A stretch of 64,000 nucleotides of DNA, from the NCBI GenBank assembly GCA_937934685.1, contig CALGYU010000019.1, positions 7,373 to 71,372 of the forward strand, written 5' to 3'. The position numbers and the translations under genes are program-made. Below are positions 10,491 to 20,286 of the stretch, in pieces. The notes below the pieces were generated by a model, which was given only the letters and a program-made list of their open reading frames with translations, did not search any database and was not told the DNA's origin. Every line of letters starts with the position of its first letter. The stretch's first letter is position 1. This stretch comes from an uncultured Acholeplasma sp. GTDB lineage: Bacteria > Bacillota_I > Bacilli_A > Acholeplasmatales > Acholeplasmataceae.

Positions 10491-11210
10491 ATGGAACGTT
10501 TACAAAAAGTCTTGGCACAATCTAATGTGGCGTCAAGAAGAAAATCAGAACAATTAATTTTAGAAAAAAGAGTATCAGTAAACGGTGTCATTGTTTCTGA
10601 ACTTGGTTTTAAAGTATCAAAAAAAGACCTTATTACAGTAGATGGTGTATCTATTGAAAGAGCAGACTTTAAATACTATTTATTAAATAAACCGACAGGG
10701 TACTTATCAACTGTTTCAGATGATAAAAACAGAAAAACGATACTAGATTTATTTAAACCTGAACATAAAAATGATCGTATCTATCCGGTTGGAAGATTAG
10801 ATTATGATACAGCAGGGTTACTGCTTGTAACCAATGATGGTGAATTAACAAGAAAACTAACACACCCATCTTCTAATATTCCAAAACAATATTTAGCAAG
10901 AGTAGAAGGCATCGTTATCAAAGATAAAATTAGAAACCTAAGAAAAGGGGTCATCATTGATAAAGACTATTTAGCTATTCCTAAAGAAGTCCAATTAATG
11001 AGCTTAGATAAAGCCAATCAATCTACATTAATTAGACTCGTTATTACTGAGGGAAGAAATAAACAAGTTCGTAAAATGATGGATGCTATAGGACACCCAG
11101 TAAAAAAACTAACTAGAGATCAATACGCTTTTTTAACACTAGAAGGTGTTCAAAGAGGTGCATATAGAGAACTAAAGGTACATGAAATAAAAATGCTTAA
11201 GAACCTATAA
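10491..11210 (+). CDS. rluB: RsuA/RluB-family rRNA pseudouridine synthase
   Basis: S4 domain MERLQKVLA..ASRRKSE, PVGRLDYDT, EGRNKQVRKM; ATG 10491 follows extended -10 TGCTATAAT at 10467. Confidence 0.88.
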   Translation: MERLQKVLAQSNVASRRKSEQLILEKRVSVNGVIVSELGFKVSKKDLITVDGVSIERADFKYYLLNKPTGYLSTVSDDKNRKTILDLFKPEHKNDRIYPVGRLDYDTAGLLLVTNDGELTRKLTHPSSNIPKQYLARVEGIVIKDKIRNLRKGVIIDKDYLAIPKEVQLMSLDKANQSTLIRLVITEGRNKQVRKMMDAIGHPVKKLTRDQYAFLTLEGVQRGAYRELKVHEIKMLKNL

Positions 11211-11270
11211 AAGGAACAAAATGGCATAAAAACATAAAAAATGGTATAATAAATTAAGATGGAGGATCAC

Positions 11271-11939
11271 ATGGGAGGATTTAAACTTGCAATCGATGGA
11301 CCGGCTGGTTCAGGAAAAAGCACGATTAGTTCACTGCTGGCAAATCATTTAGGATGGACGCATATTGATACAGGAGCAATGTATCGCGCCGTTACCTTAT
11401 ATGCCTTAAAAAAAGGTCTAGATTTAAATGACGAAAATTCATATATGTTTTTAGAAAATGTATATATTGAATATAAAGATAACAAGATTTTTATTGACAA
11501 TAAAGATGTTACTGAAGAAATTAGAGGAAAAGAGATCAATCAACATGTTTCTTTAGTCTCATCATTTCCTTATGTTAGAAAAAAATTGGTTGAAACTCAA
11601 CAAAAAACAATTTCTAGTGGAAATATCATTATGGACGGTAGAGACATAGGTACAGTTGTTATCCCAAATGCAGACTTAAAAATCTTTTTAACTGCTCATG
11701 TAGAAGAAAGAGCCAAAAGAAGACACAAGGAACAAACAAAAAAGGGGAATAGTAATCAAATTGATCAAGTCATTGAAGAAATTATCAGACGAGATCAAAA
11801 AGATTCAACACGTAAGGAGTCACCGTTGCGAAAAGCAGATGATGCCATTGAGATTGATACAACAAATTCTTCAATTGAAGAAGTTGTTGAAAAAATAGTT
11901 CAACTAATAAAATTGAAGGAGCAAGAGAAAAATGACTGA
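11271..11939 (+). CDS. cmk: Cytidylate kinase
   Basis: IDGPAGSGKST, DTGAMYR, MDGRDIGTVV; GGAGG SD before ATG 11271. Confidence 0.97.
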   Translation: MGGFKLAIDGPAGSGKSTISSLLANHLGWTHIDTGAMYRAVTLYALKKGLDLNDENSYMFLENVYIEYKDNKIFIDNKDVTEEIRGKEINQHVSLVSSFPYVRKKLVETQQKTISSGNIIMDGRDIGTVVIPNADLKIFLTAHVEERAKRRHKEQTKKGNSNQIDQVIEEIIRRDQKDSTRKESPLRKADDAIEIDTTNSSIEEVVEKIVQLIKLKEQEKND

Positions 11940-13323
11940 TATTAAAATTCCAAAAAAAGGACAAATTATAGAAAGTAAAGTTGTCAAAGTAGATGCAAAC
12001 GTCATCTATTTAGATTTAAATTATATGACGGAAGGAACCATTTATTTAAATGAGTATGATATGCCTGCACCAGCTACTTTTGAAGGTTTAATAAAAGTAG
12101 GGGATGTTGTCCGTGCTAAAATCATGAAAATATCTGAAGGTGATGAATCAAGTATTATATTACTTTCAAGATTACCATTAATCAAAGAATTAAAATTAGA
12201 AAAACTAAAAGAAAAATATGAGTCCAAAGAAGTTGTGACTGGATTGGTTACAGAAGCAAAAGAAAAAGGTCTTATCGTTAAATACGAAGGATATGATCTA
12301 TTTTTACCATATTCACTACTAGACTTTGATCTAATTGATAAAGTAGATACTTTAGTTAACAAAGAATTAGACATTGTTATTGAAGAATTTAAAGTAAAAC
12401 CAAGATTAAAACTGATTGCAAGTAGAAAACCTATTTTTGAAAAACTGCGTCAAGAAGCATTTGAAAAAAGACAAGAAGCAAGACACAATGAACTAGATTC
12501 TATCCAAACAGGAGATGTCCTAAAAGGGGTTGTCGATAGATTAGAACCTCATGCAGCTTCTATTAAATTCAATCACGTTGTAGGTATGTTAAGAATTTCA
12601 CAAATTAGCCACTATAGAGTAGACAAAATAGAAGATGTTTTAAAACTTGGAGAAACAGTTGAAGTTAAAGTAATAAAAAAAGAAGGCAATCGTTTAGACT
12701 TATCAATGAAAGCCTTACAAAAAACACCATTTGAAGTATTTGCTAGTGAAAACAAAAAAGGAGCGACTTTAAAAGGGACAGTAGTTCAAAAATTACCATT
12801 TGGTTTAATCGTTGAAGTAGCTAAAGACGTTAGAGGACTTTTACATAAAAGTGAATATTCATGGAACCCAGAAGATAACTTTGGAGATCATGTAAAAATA
12901 GCTGATGAAATAGAAGTTGCTATCTTAGCTGTTGATAAAGGAAAAGAAAGAATTCAGTTATCAAGAAAAACATTAGAACACAATCCATGGGCAAATATTG
13001 ATTTAAAACGTGGAGACAAAGTCGAAGTTTTAATTACTGACATTAATAATGAAGGATTAGTTGTTGCCTTTGAAGGCGTAGATGGTTTAATTCCATCAAA
13101 CGAAGTTTCAATGGAAAACATTAAAATAGATGATCACTTTGCTGTTAATGATAAAGTAGAAGCAATTGTCACAGATTTTAACAAGTCACAATGGACTTTA
13201 AAATTATCAATTAAAAGATTACAAGAAGCTTTAGAAAAAGCATCTTATGAAAAATATTTAAAAGACGAAGAAGAGGTTGAAAGTATCACTTTAGGTGATT
13301 TATTCGAAGACCTTAAAAAATAA
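11932..13323 (+). CDS. rpsA: 30S ribosomal protein S1 (five S1 repeats)
   Basis: Repeated S1 OB-fold motifs, TLGDLF tail, cmk-rpsA-der synteny. Confidence 0.9.
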   Translation: MTDIKIPKKGQIIESKVVKVDANVIYLDLNYMTEGTIYLNEYDMPAPATFEGLIKVGDVVRAKIMKISEGDESSIILLSRLPLIKELKLEKLKEKYESKEVVTGLVTEAKEKGLIVKYEGYDLFLPYSLLDFDLIDKVDTLVNKELDIVIEEFKVKPRLKLIASRKPIFEKLRQEAFEKRQEARHNELDSIQTGDVLKGVVDRLEPHAASIKFNHVVGMLRISQISHYRVDKIEDVLKLGETVEVKVIKKEGNRLDLSMKALQKTPFEVFASENKKGATLKGTVVQKLPFGLIVEVAKDVRGLLHKSEYSWNPEDNFGDHVKIADEIEVAILAVDKGKERIQLSRKTLEHNPWANIDLKRGDKVEVLITDINNEGLVVAFEGVDGLIPSNEVSMENIKIDDHFAVNDKVEAIVTDFNKSQWTLKLSIKRLQEALEKASYEKYLKDEEEVESITLGDLFEDLKK

Positions 13324-13336
13324 AGTAGGTTTTAGT

Positions 13337-14644
13337 ATGGCGTTTAAAGTAGCAATCGTAGGACGCCCTAATGTCGGAAAATCAAGTCTCTTTAACCGAA
13401 TCATCGGTGAGAGACTTTCGATTACTGATGACAAAGCGGGAGTCACAAGAGACAGAATATATGCACATGCCGAATGGTTAACCAAAGGTTTTAGTGTAAT
13501 TGACACAGGGGGAATTGAAATTGGAGATGCCCCTTTTTTAACTCAAATTAAAGAACAAGCAGAAGTTGCAATGGATGAAGCGGATGTCATTGTGTTTGTT
13601 GTTGATGGCCAAATTGGGCTTATAGACAGCGATCACTACATCGCAAAACTATTATATAAAACAGAAAAACCTGTTATTTTAGCAGTAAATAAAATCGATG
13701 ATTTATCGTTGGTAGCAAACACTTACGAATTTTATTCATTAGGTTTTGATGAACCCATCGCAGTTAGTACAAACCACGGAATTGGGATCGGTGATTTATT
13801 AGATAAAATCATCTCTTATCATACAGAAGATGATATTGTATATGATAAAGATACAATTAAATTCTCCTTAGTAGGAAGACCAAATGTTGGAAAATCAAGT
13901 TTAACCAACGCCATTTTATCGCAAGAAAGAGTCATTGTTTCAGATATATCAGGAACAACCACTGATGCCATAGACACACCTTTTAGAAGAAATAAAAGAG
14001 ATTATGTAGTCATTGACACAGCAGGTATTAAAAAGCGCGGTAAAGTGTATGAAAGCACTGATAAATACAGTGTTTTAAGAGCCTTAAGCGCCATAGAAAG
14101 ATCAGATGTTGCTTGTTTGGTTTTAGATGGTGAAGAAGGTATTGTTGAACAAGATAAAAACGTTGCAGGATACATTGTTGAAAATTACAAGTCATGTATC
14201 ATTGTAGTTAACAAATGGGATGCAGTTGTTAAAGATGATAAAACCATGAAACGTTTTGAAGAAAAAATTAGAGATGAATTTAAATTTTTAGATTACGCTC
14301 CGATTGTCTTTGTCTCAGCATTACATAAAGAAAGAATCCAAACGCTATTTCCAGCACTGGAACTAGCTTATGAAAATTATAGTAAAGAATTTACAACCAG
14401 CGTCTTAAACGATGTATTACAAGATGCGGTTGCTATGTTTCCAGCCCCTTTATTTAACAAAGGAAGAGCTAAATTTAATTATATGACACAAGTAGCGACC
14501 AAACCACCAACCTTTGTTGTATTTGTGAATAACCCTGATTTTGTACATTTTTCTTATGAAAGATACCTACTCAATCAATTTAGAAAGGCTTTCGACTTCC
14601 AAGGAACGCCAATTAAACTATTAATTAGAAAAAAGGAGTCCTAA
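13337..14644 (+). CDS. der: Ribosome biogenesis GTPase Der (EngA)
   Basis: Two [11 protein letters not shown]-loops, DTGG/DTAG, NKID/NKWD, KH-like C-terminus. Confidence 0.98.
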   Translation: MAFKVAIVGRPNVGKSSLFNRIIGERLSITDDKAGVTRDRIYAHAEWLTKGFSVIDTGGIEIGDAPFLTQIKEQAEVAMDEADVIVFVVDGQIGLIDSDHYIAKLLYKTEKPVILAVNKIDDLSLVANTYEFYSLGFDEPIAVSTNHGIGIGDLLDKIISYHTEDDIVYDKDTIKFSLVGRPNVGKSSLTNAILSQERVIVSDISGTTTDAIDTPFRRNKRDYVVIDTAGIKKRGKVYESTDKYSVLRALSAIERSDVACLVLDGEEGIVEQDKNVAGYIVENYKSCIIVVNKWDAVVKDDKTMKRFEEKIRDEFKFLDYAPIVFVSALHKERIQTLFPALELAYENYSKEFTTSVLNDVLQDAVAMFPAPLFNKGRAKFNYMTQVATKPPTFVVFVNNPDFVHFSYERYLLNQFRKAFDFQGTPIKLLIRKKES

Positions 14645-14647
14645 TCA

Positions 14648-15643
14648 ATGAAAGTTAGCATTATTGGTGGAGGGTCATGGGGATCAACCCTTGGTCAAGT
14701 ATTAACAGACAATGGCCATGAAATCCTTATTTATGACATCAATTTAAATCATGTAGATAAAATCAATCATGGATTACATCCATTTTTTGACACTAAATTA
14801 GAAAAAACAAAAGCAACCAACGACTTAGCTGAAGCCCTAGCTTTTTCTAATATCATCATGCTCTCAGTCCCAACCAAAGTGATGAGAGATGTTTTAAAAG
14901 AAATGAATATTTTACTAACTGAACCCAAATCATTTATCAACGTTTCAAAAGGTATTGAACCTGAAACGTTTAAAAGAGTCAGTGAAATTGTTTTTGAAGA
15001 AATCAAAAATGAATATGTTAAAGACTATGCTGTCCTAACCGGACCATCACATGCTGAAGAAGTTATCTTAAGAAAACTAACCTTATTAACCGCTGCCTCT
15101 GAAAACAAAGAATTTGCGATTACAGTTCAAACACTATTTTCAAATGATTCATACATGAGAGTATATACCTCATGTGATCTAATTGGTTGTGAGGTAGCAG
15201 GAGCCGTTAAAAATGCGATTGCAGTCATTAGCGGTGTATTAAGCGGCTATGGTTTAGGTGAAAATGCTAGAGCAGCCCTCATCACCCGCGGTATTCTAGA
15301 AGTTATTAGAGTCGTTAAATTTATGGGTGGACAAGCTGAAACTGCTTTTGGATTAACTGGTATTGGTGACTTAATTGTCACTGCATCTAGTGAAAACTCA
15401 AGAAACTTTACAGCAGGTAAAAAAATAGGGCAAGGACTAGATCCAAAAGAAGCGGTTTTAAGTTCACTTCAAACAGTTGAAGGGATTAGAACCATTGAGG
15501 CTTTATATCAATTATCACAAAAACATCAAGTTGAATTACCAATCATTGAAATGGCTTATGGTGTTTTATTTGAGCATTTGCCTATTCAAGAAGCAGTTAT
15601 CCAACTACTGACAAGAGATTTAAAGGAAGAAAAACTAATTTAA
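14648..15643 (+). CDS. gpsA: NAD(P)H-dependent glycerol-3-phosphate dehydrogenase
   Basis: GGGSWG, SKGIE, GPSHAEEV, GAVKN, GIGDLIVT, SRN. Confidence 0.96.
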   Translation: MKVSIIGGGSWGSTLGQVLTDNGHEILIYDINLNHVDKINHGLHPFFDTKLEKTKATNDLAEALAFSNIIMLSVPTKVMRDVLKEMNILLTEPKSFINVSKGIEPETFKRVSEIVFEEIKNEYVKDYAVLTGPSHAEEVILRKLTLLTAASENKEFAITVQTLFSNDSYMRVYTSCDLIGCEVAGAVKNAIAVISGVLSGYGLGENARAALITRGILEVIRVVKFMGGQAETAFGLTGIGDLIVTASSENSRNFTAGKKIGQGLDPKEAVLSSLQTVEGIRTIEALYQLSQKHQVELPIIEMAYGVLFEHLPIQEAVIQLLTRDLKEEKLI

Positions 15644-15649
15644 AGTTTA

Positions 15650-15678
15650 TTGCCAAATAAAAATCTCTATGTTATAAT
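15650..15678 (+). promoter_or_regulatory. Sigma-A promoter of hup
   Basis: TTGCCA-17 bp-TATAAT with TG extension. Confidence 0.65.
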
Positions 15679-15704
15679 AAATTAAAAGATTAGGAGGCCT
15701 TTAT

Positions 15705-15980
15705 ATGAACAAAACTGAATTAGTAGCATTAATCGCTGAAAGAGCTGGCGTTACACAAGTATTAGCTGGTGATGTTGTTCAAGCTTTCATCGATGTCGTC
15801 ACAGAGACATTAGCAGAACGTGAAGAAAAAGTAGTAGTAACAGGTTTCGGTACTTTTGAAGTTAGAAACAGAGTTGAACGTCGTGGTAAAAATCCAAGAA
15901 CCGGTGAAGAGATCGTTGTTCCAGCTCAAAAAACACCAGCTTTTAGAGCAGGTAAATTATTAAAAGATGCTGTAAAATAA
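15705..15980 (+). CDS. hup: DNA-binding protein HU
   Basis: MNKTELV, GFGTFEVR, GKNPRTGE, PAFRAGK. Confidence 0.97.
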   Translation: MNKTELVALIAERAGVTQVLAGDVVQAFIDVVTETLAEREEKVVVTGFGTFEVRNRVERRGKNPRTGEEIVVPAQKTPAFRAGKLLKDAVK

Positions 15981-15984
15981 AAAC

Positions 15985-16017
15985 AATGGTCTATTTTATA
16001 TAATAGGCCATTTTTTT
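15985..16017 (+). terminator. Intrinsic terminator after hup
   Basis: aatggtctatt...aataggccatt hairpin followed by T run. Confidence 0.7.
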
Positions 16018-16035
16018 AGGTTTTGAGGTGAAATT

Positions 16036-16989
16036 ATGGAAATCTTTATAAAAGCAATGGAAAACGATTTATCATATATTCAAAACCATATCAACTATAT
16101 CAACGAAGTTGATAAAAATGGCAAATCTTTGCTCCATTATGCAACACTAGGTAGTGCACATGATGTCATTGATTATTTATTAATTCAAGAGATCAACTTA
16201 AACATTCAAGATGTTTCCGGAGAAACAGCTCTTTTTGATTGTGCCAGAAAAGGGAAAATAAACATCGCTCAAAAACTATTAAAAAAATATGCTAACCCTA
16301 ATTTAAAAAATAATAAAAATGAGACTGCCCTTCATTTAGCCTGTCATAAAGGAAATATGGACATGATTGATTTACTTATTGAAAACGGGGCCTTTTTAAA
16401 TATCAAAACAAAAGACGATAAACTGCCTATTCACTACGCTATTTTAGCAGGACATCATCAACATATTGAAACACTAATGAAAAAATTTAATATCAAATGG
16501 GATTATTTAGATAGTCATCTAAACAATTTCCTTCATTATGCAACCTATACGACCAATCCTAATTTAGTAGAAATATTCATCAAATACGATCTAGACATCA
16601 ATGCATTAAACGATCAATTAGAAACACCTATTTTTAATGCCATTAAACATAGCACCCCTGAAATATTAAAATTACTACTAAAAAACGATGCTCTTCTTTC
16701 AATTAATAACAGAAGATATGAAACACCAGAAAAAACTGCTTTAGTTTTTAATAAAGAAGATATGACGTCCGTTATAGAGGCATATAAAGAAACACCAACG
16801 TATTATAACCAAATCAAAGAACATGCATATAAAATCGCTGTTTTAAATAGAGATCATGAAACACTAAGAAATCTAGTCTTAGAAAGAAATCCTTTAAGAA
16901 AAGACAGTTTAGGCTTAACGGCATATGATTATGCGGTTAAGTACAACCTAACGGCATGTATTAATATCTTAAAGAAATTAAAAATGTAA
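16036..16989 (+). CDS. Ankyrin repeat protein
   Basis: Repeated GKSLLHYA, GETALFDC, ETALHLAC, KLPIHYA, ETPIFNA units about 33 aa apart. Confidence 0.9.
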   Translation: MEIFIKAMENDLSYIQNHINYINEVDKNGKSLLHYATLGSAHDVIDYLLIQEINLNIQDVSGETALFDCARKGKINIAQKLLKKYANPNLKNNKNETALHLACHKGNMDMIDLLIENGAFLNIKTKDDKLPIHYAILAGHHQHIETLMKKFNIKWDYLDSHLNNFLHYATYTTNPNLVEIFIKYDLDINALNDQLETPIFNAIKHSTPEILKLLLKNDALLSINNRRYETPEKTALVFNKEDMTSVIEAYKETPTYYNQIKEHAYKIAVLNRDHETLRNLVLERNPLRKDSLGLTAYDYAVKYNLTACINILKKLKM

Positions 16990-17013
16990 GTGGAACTTAA
17001 TCGTTCCACTTTT
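16988..17013 (+). terminator. Terminator of ankyrin gene
   Basis: aagtggaac-ttaatc-gttccactt followed by T run. Confidence 0.7.
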
Positions 17014-17018
17014 ATTAT

Positions 17019-17049
17019 AAAAAAAAGGATAGTTTTTATTAACTATCCT
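17019..17049 (-). terminator. Terminator of CPBP protease gene
   Basis: aggatagtt/aactatcct hairpin preceded by an A run (T run on the minus strand). Confidence 0.7.
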
Positions 17050-17071
17050 AATTCATAAAATAACACTTTAA

Positions 17072-18244
17072 TTATAAAAAAGTCATTACTACAGATAATA
17101 AGTTATATAAGATGTGCACAGCAATTGGAATCCAAATATTTCTTTTTGATTTAATATAAACATAACCAAAAGCAAATCCACCACCTAAATAAGCCACCAG
17201 ATTAACTAAAAAGTCGCTTGAAAGCCCTGAAACTAACTCAGAAGTAATATGAATCAAAGCAAAAGTAAAACTACTGACTAATAAAGCGATTTTATCATCT
17301 TTAAATAACCCCATAAGTGATTTTCTAAAAATCAATTCTTCCACGATAGGACCAAAACAAACAATAGATATCAATGATATTGCTGCTGGAAGTGGTGAAC
17401 TTAATAAGTTATTAATCGACAACTGATTAAGTGATGTTTGATTAGAATTGCCAATTAAGGCTGCTAATCCCATAGAAACAAAATTAAAGACGAAAATAAT
17501 TAACAAGGAATTAATAAAGCCACGCGCAATAAGTGCAACTTTCTCAGGTTGACGCTTAAATAAAGTAAATTCATTAACTAATATAGGCTTTAAAATTAAA
17601 ATAAGAATGATCGCAACCGTTACATAACTTAAAGATAAAACCAATGAATCCATTAAAGGCGTGCTAAAGGGTTTAGTTTCAGCAACCCTAAGCTCTGAAC
17701 TGGTTATAAAACTAGGATGATGGTTTTTTGCAGAAACCAAGGTAATAGATAAATCATTTTCCCATTTTTTTAAAGAACCATCAGAAATTTGTAAAAAAAT
17801 CTCTTCCTTTAAATAATAAGTATTACCCTCTAAAGTAGTCTTTTCTAAATAAGAAGTCTCAGTTCCTGAAGAAACAATGCCTATAGCATCTTTATGAATC
17901 AGTAAAACATAACCATCAATTTCATAAATAATACGGTAAAGCTTGGTCAAATCACTATAACTTTTTTCAAATTCATTTTCATCAACAATCGTTAAATTAC
18001 CCACACCCATGCTAGAAGCGTATAAAGCATAAGAAGTGTCTGTTGGATTTTTTCGATACAAACTTTCTAAGTTCATAGAACTAAAGATAGTCATAAACAA
18101 CACAGCTGCTAATCCGAAAAAGAATAAGGACACATAAGCTAAAATGGAGTACCAATATCTGGTTTGATTATAGGAGTCTCCAAAAAAATTATTATCATGT
18201 TCCTCTTTAAACTGCTCTTCAAAATTTATCTCATCATCATACAT
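17072..18244 (-). CDS. CPBP (CAAX/Abi) family intramembrane glutamic endopeptidase
   Basis: GPIVEELIFR, FALIH, HILYN motifs; several TM helices. Confidence 0.88.
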   Translation of the reverse strand: MYDDEINFEEQFKEEHDNNFFGDSYNQTRYWYSILAYVSLFFFGLAAVLFMTIFSSMNLESLYRKNPTDTSYALYASSMGVGNLTIVDENEFEKSYSDLTKLYRIIYEIDGYVLLIHKDAIGIVSSGTETSYLEKTTLEGNTYYLKEEIFLQISDGSLKKWENDLSITLVSAKNHHPSFITSSELRVAETKPFSTPLMDSLVLSLSYVTVAIILILILKPILVNEFTLFKRQPEKVALIARGFINSLLIIFVFNFVSMGLAALIGNSNQTSLNQLSINNLLSSPLPAAISLISIVCFGPIVEELIFRKSLMGLFKDDKIALLVSSFTFALIHITSELVSGLSSDFLVNLVAYLGGGFAFGYVYIKSKRNIWIPIAVHILYNLLSVVMTFL

Positions 18245-18334
18245 ATTAACTGCCTCCTAAAAGTATTGATTTCATTATACTATAAAGATGATATGTTGTA
18301 AAATAAAGATATACTCAAAAACAAGGAGATATTT

Positions 18335-18910
18335 ATGAAAATCATTATAGCCACACACAATCAAAACAAAGTCAAAGAGTTCAAAGAAATTTTAAAAGAC
18401 TTCAAAGTTGAACTCATCTCTTTATCTGAAATGAATGATCATGAAGAAATCATTGAAGATGGGCAAACGTTTGAAGAAAATGCGACCATCAAAGTTAAAC
18501 ACATTGCCAAAAAATATCAAATGCCAGTCATCTCAGATGATTCAGGACTAGAAGTTGAAGCCCTAAACAACCGCCCTGGTATATACTCAGCGCGTTATAG
18601 TGGCAAAGGTGATTTAGAAAATAATCTTAAAATTCTTAGTGAATTAAAAGAAATTAAAAATAGAAAAGCTAGATTTATTTGTGTCATTGCCTACAGTACA
18701 CCGTTAGGAGAAATAAAAACATATAAAGGTATCTGGGAAGGAAAAATCAGCCAAGAAATTAAAGGCAACAATGGGTTTGGTTATGACCCTATTTTTATAC
18801 CAAAACATAAAACAAAGACCGTCGCAGAACTTTCTGAAAAAGAAAAAACGAAAAACTCACATAGAAGTAAAGCATTAAAACAGTTTAAAGAAGACTTTAA
18901 ACCCGTATAA
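18335..18910 (+). CDS. rdgB: Non-canonical purine NTP pyrophosphatase (RdgB/HAM1)
   Basis: ATHNQNKVKE, DDSGL, PGIYSARY, GFGYDPIF, SHR. Confidence 0.96.
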   Translation: MKIIIATHNQNKVKEFKEILKDFKVELISLSEMNDHEEIIEDGQTFEENATIKVKHIAKKYQMPVISDDSGLEVEALNNRPGIYSARYSGKGDLENNLKILSELKEIKNRKARFICVIAYSTPLGEIKTYKGIWEGKISQEIKGNNGFGYDPIFIPKHKTKTVAELSEKEKTKNSHRSKALKQFKEDFKPV

Positions 18911-18970
18911 ATATTTTCTTTTTAATCATATTTAAAGTATAATAAAAGATAAGTAGAAAGAGGTGTAAGT

Positions 18971-19411
18971 ATGAAAATATTAGTAACCAGTGATATTCAT
19001 GGAAAAACGCATTTATTAAAAGCTGTTAGAGAGTTACATCCTGACATAGATTATCATCTAGATGCAGGTGACAGTGGATTAACCGTTAAAGAAATTGAGC
19101 AGTACAACATACTCTCTGTAAAAGGTAACACCGATTATTTTTTAAATTTACCACAAGAAAGAGTTATCCCCATTAAAGAAAACATCATTTACATGACCCA
19201 TGGCCATACACTTGATGTAAAATATGGAACCGCCGCCATTTTAACAGAAGCTAAGAAAAATCACGCCACTATATGTATTTATGGACATACACATCAACCA
19301 GTCATCATTAAAGATGACATACTCTTACTTAATCCAGGAAGTTTAAAGGACTTTCCTTATACTTATATCATCATTGAAAACAATGTAGCAACCCTTCATG
19401 AATTAAACTAA
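18971..19411 (+). CDS. YfcE/YsnB-family metallophosphoesterase
   Basis: SDIHG, AGD, VKGNTD, THGH, GHTH, LNPGS; follows rdgB as ysnB does in Bacillus. Confidence 0.9.
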   Translation: MKILVTSDIHGKTHLLKAVRELHPDIDYHLDAGDSGLTVKEIEQYNILSVKGNTDYFLNLPQERVIPIKENIIYMTHGHTLDVKYGTAAILTEAKKNHATICIYGHTHQPVIIKDDILLLNPGSLKDFPYTYIIIENNVATLHELN

Positions 19412-19425
19412 AGGAGCAAATAATA

Positions 19426-20283
19426 ATGACTATCAACTTAGATGAAATTGTTTATGAATATTTTCCCAAAGACACCTCTTATGAAGTAATCGAAAGATTA
19501 TTAGGCGGTATGAGCAACTATACTTATGTAATCAAAGTGAATCAACGGTTATATACCATTAGAAAAGTTGGTAAAAACGCTCATTTTTTTGTTAATAGAG
19601 ACAATGAACTTAAAGATTTAAATGAAGCTTATTCAATCGGACTAGTGCCTGAAACCATTTATTTTAATCCAGTAACAGGAACTAAAATATCTCAGCACAT
19701 CAAAGGTGATATTTTATCAGAAGTTTCATATGAACCTTTTTTACCAATGATTGCAGAAGTTTTAACCAAAGTTCATAACCACACCGTTAAAAACGGTCAT
19801 GATTATGACTTGTTAGGTAGACTAAAAACCTATGAAAGCTATTTAGAAAAACTTAGTGATACGTATATCAAACTTAAAAAAAACTGGCAAGACTTATATG
19901 AATCAACTTACAAAAAATACCCAAAAGTATTTACCCATGGTGATGCACAAAGATCTAACATGGTTTATGATGGAACCAAACTATATTTACTAGATTGGGA
20001 GTTTTCAGGATTAAATGATCCGCTCTATGATATTGCAAGTTTTGGAAACATTAGTTTTAATGACTCCCTAGATTTACTAGCCTATTATTTAAAAAGAAAA
20101 CCCAATTTAGAAGAACTAAACAGAGTAAAGTTTTACCGAATGTTTCAAGCCTTACAATGGCATTTAGTCGCTCAATACAAAGAACATATTGGATTAAGCG
20201 AAGAACTAAAACTAGACTTTAAACTATTTTCAGAAAAATATTTACAATTAGCAGAAAAATTGTATCAAGAAATACAATCATAA
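19426..20283 (+). CDS. Choline/ethanolamine kinase (APH-like phosphotransferase, LicA-like)
   Basis: GGMSN, VNRDNE, Brenner motif HGDAQRSN, LLDWEFSG..DPLYDIA. Confidence 0.82.
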   Translation: MTINLDEIVYEYFPKDTSYEVIERLLGGMSNYTYVIKVNQRLYTIRKVGKNAHFFVNRDNELKDLNEAYSIGLVPETIYFNPVTGTKISQHIKGDILSEVSYEPFLPMIAEVLTKVHNHTVKNGHDYDLLGRLKTYESYLEKLSDTYIKLKKNWQDLYESTYKKYPKVFTHGDAQRSNMVYDGTKLYLLDWEFSGLNDPLYDIASFGNISFNDSLDLLAYYLKRKPNLEELNRVKFYRMFQALQWHLVAQYKEHIGLSEELKLDFKLFSEKYLQLAEKLYQEIQS

Positions 20284-20286
20284 AGG

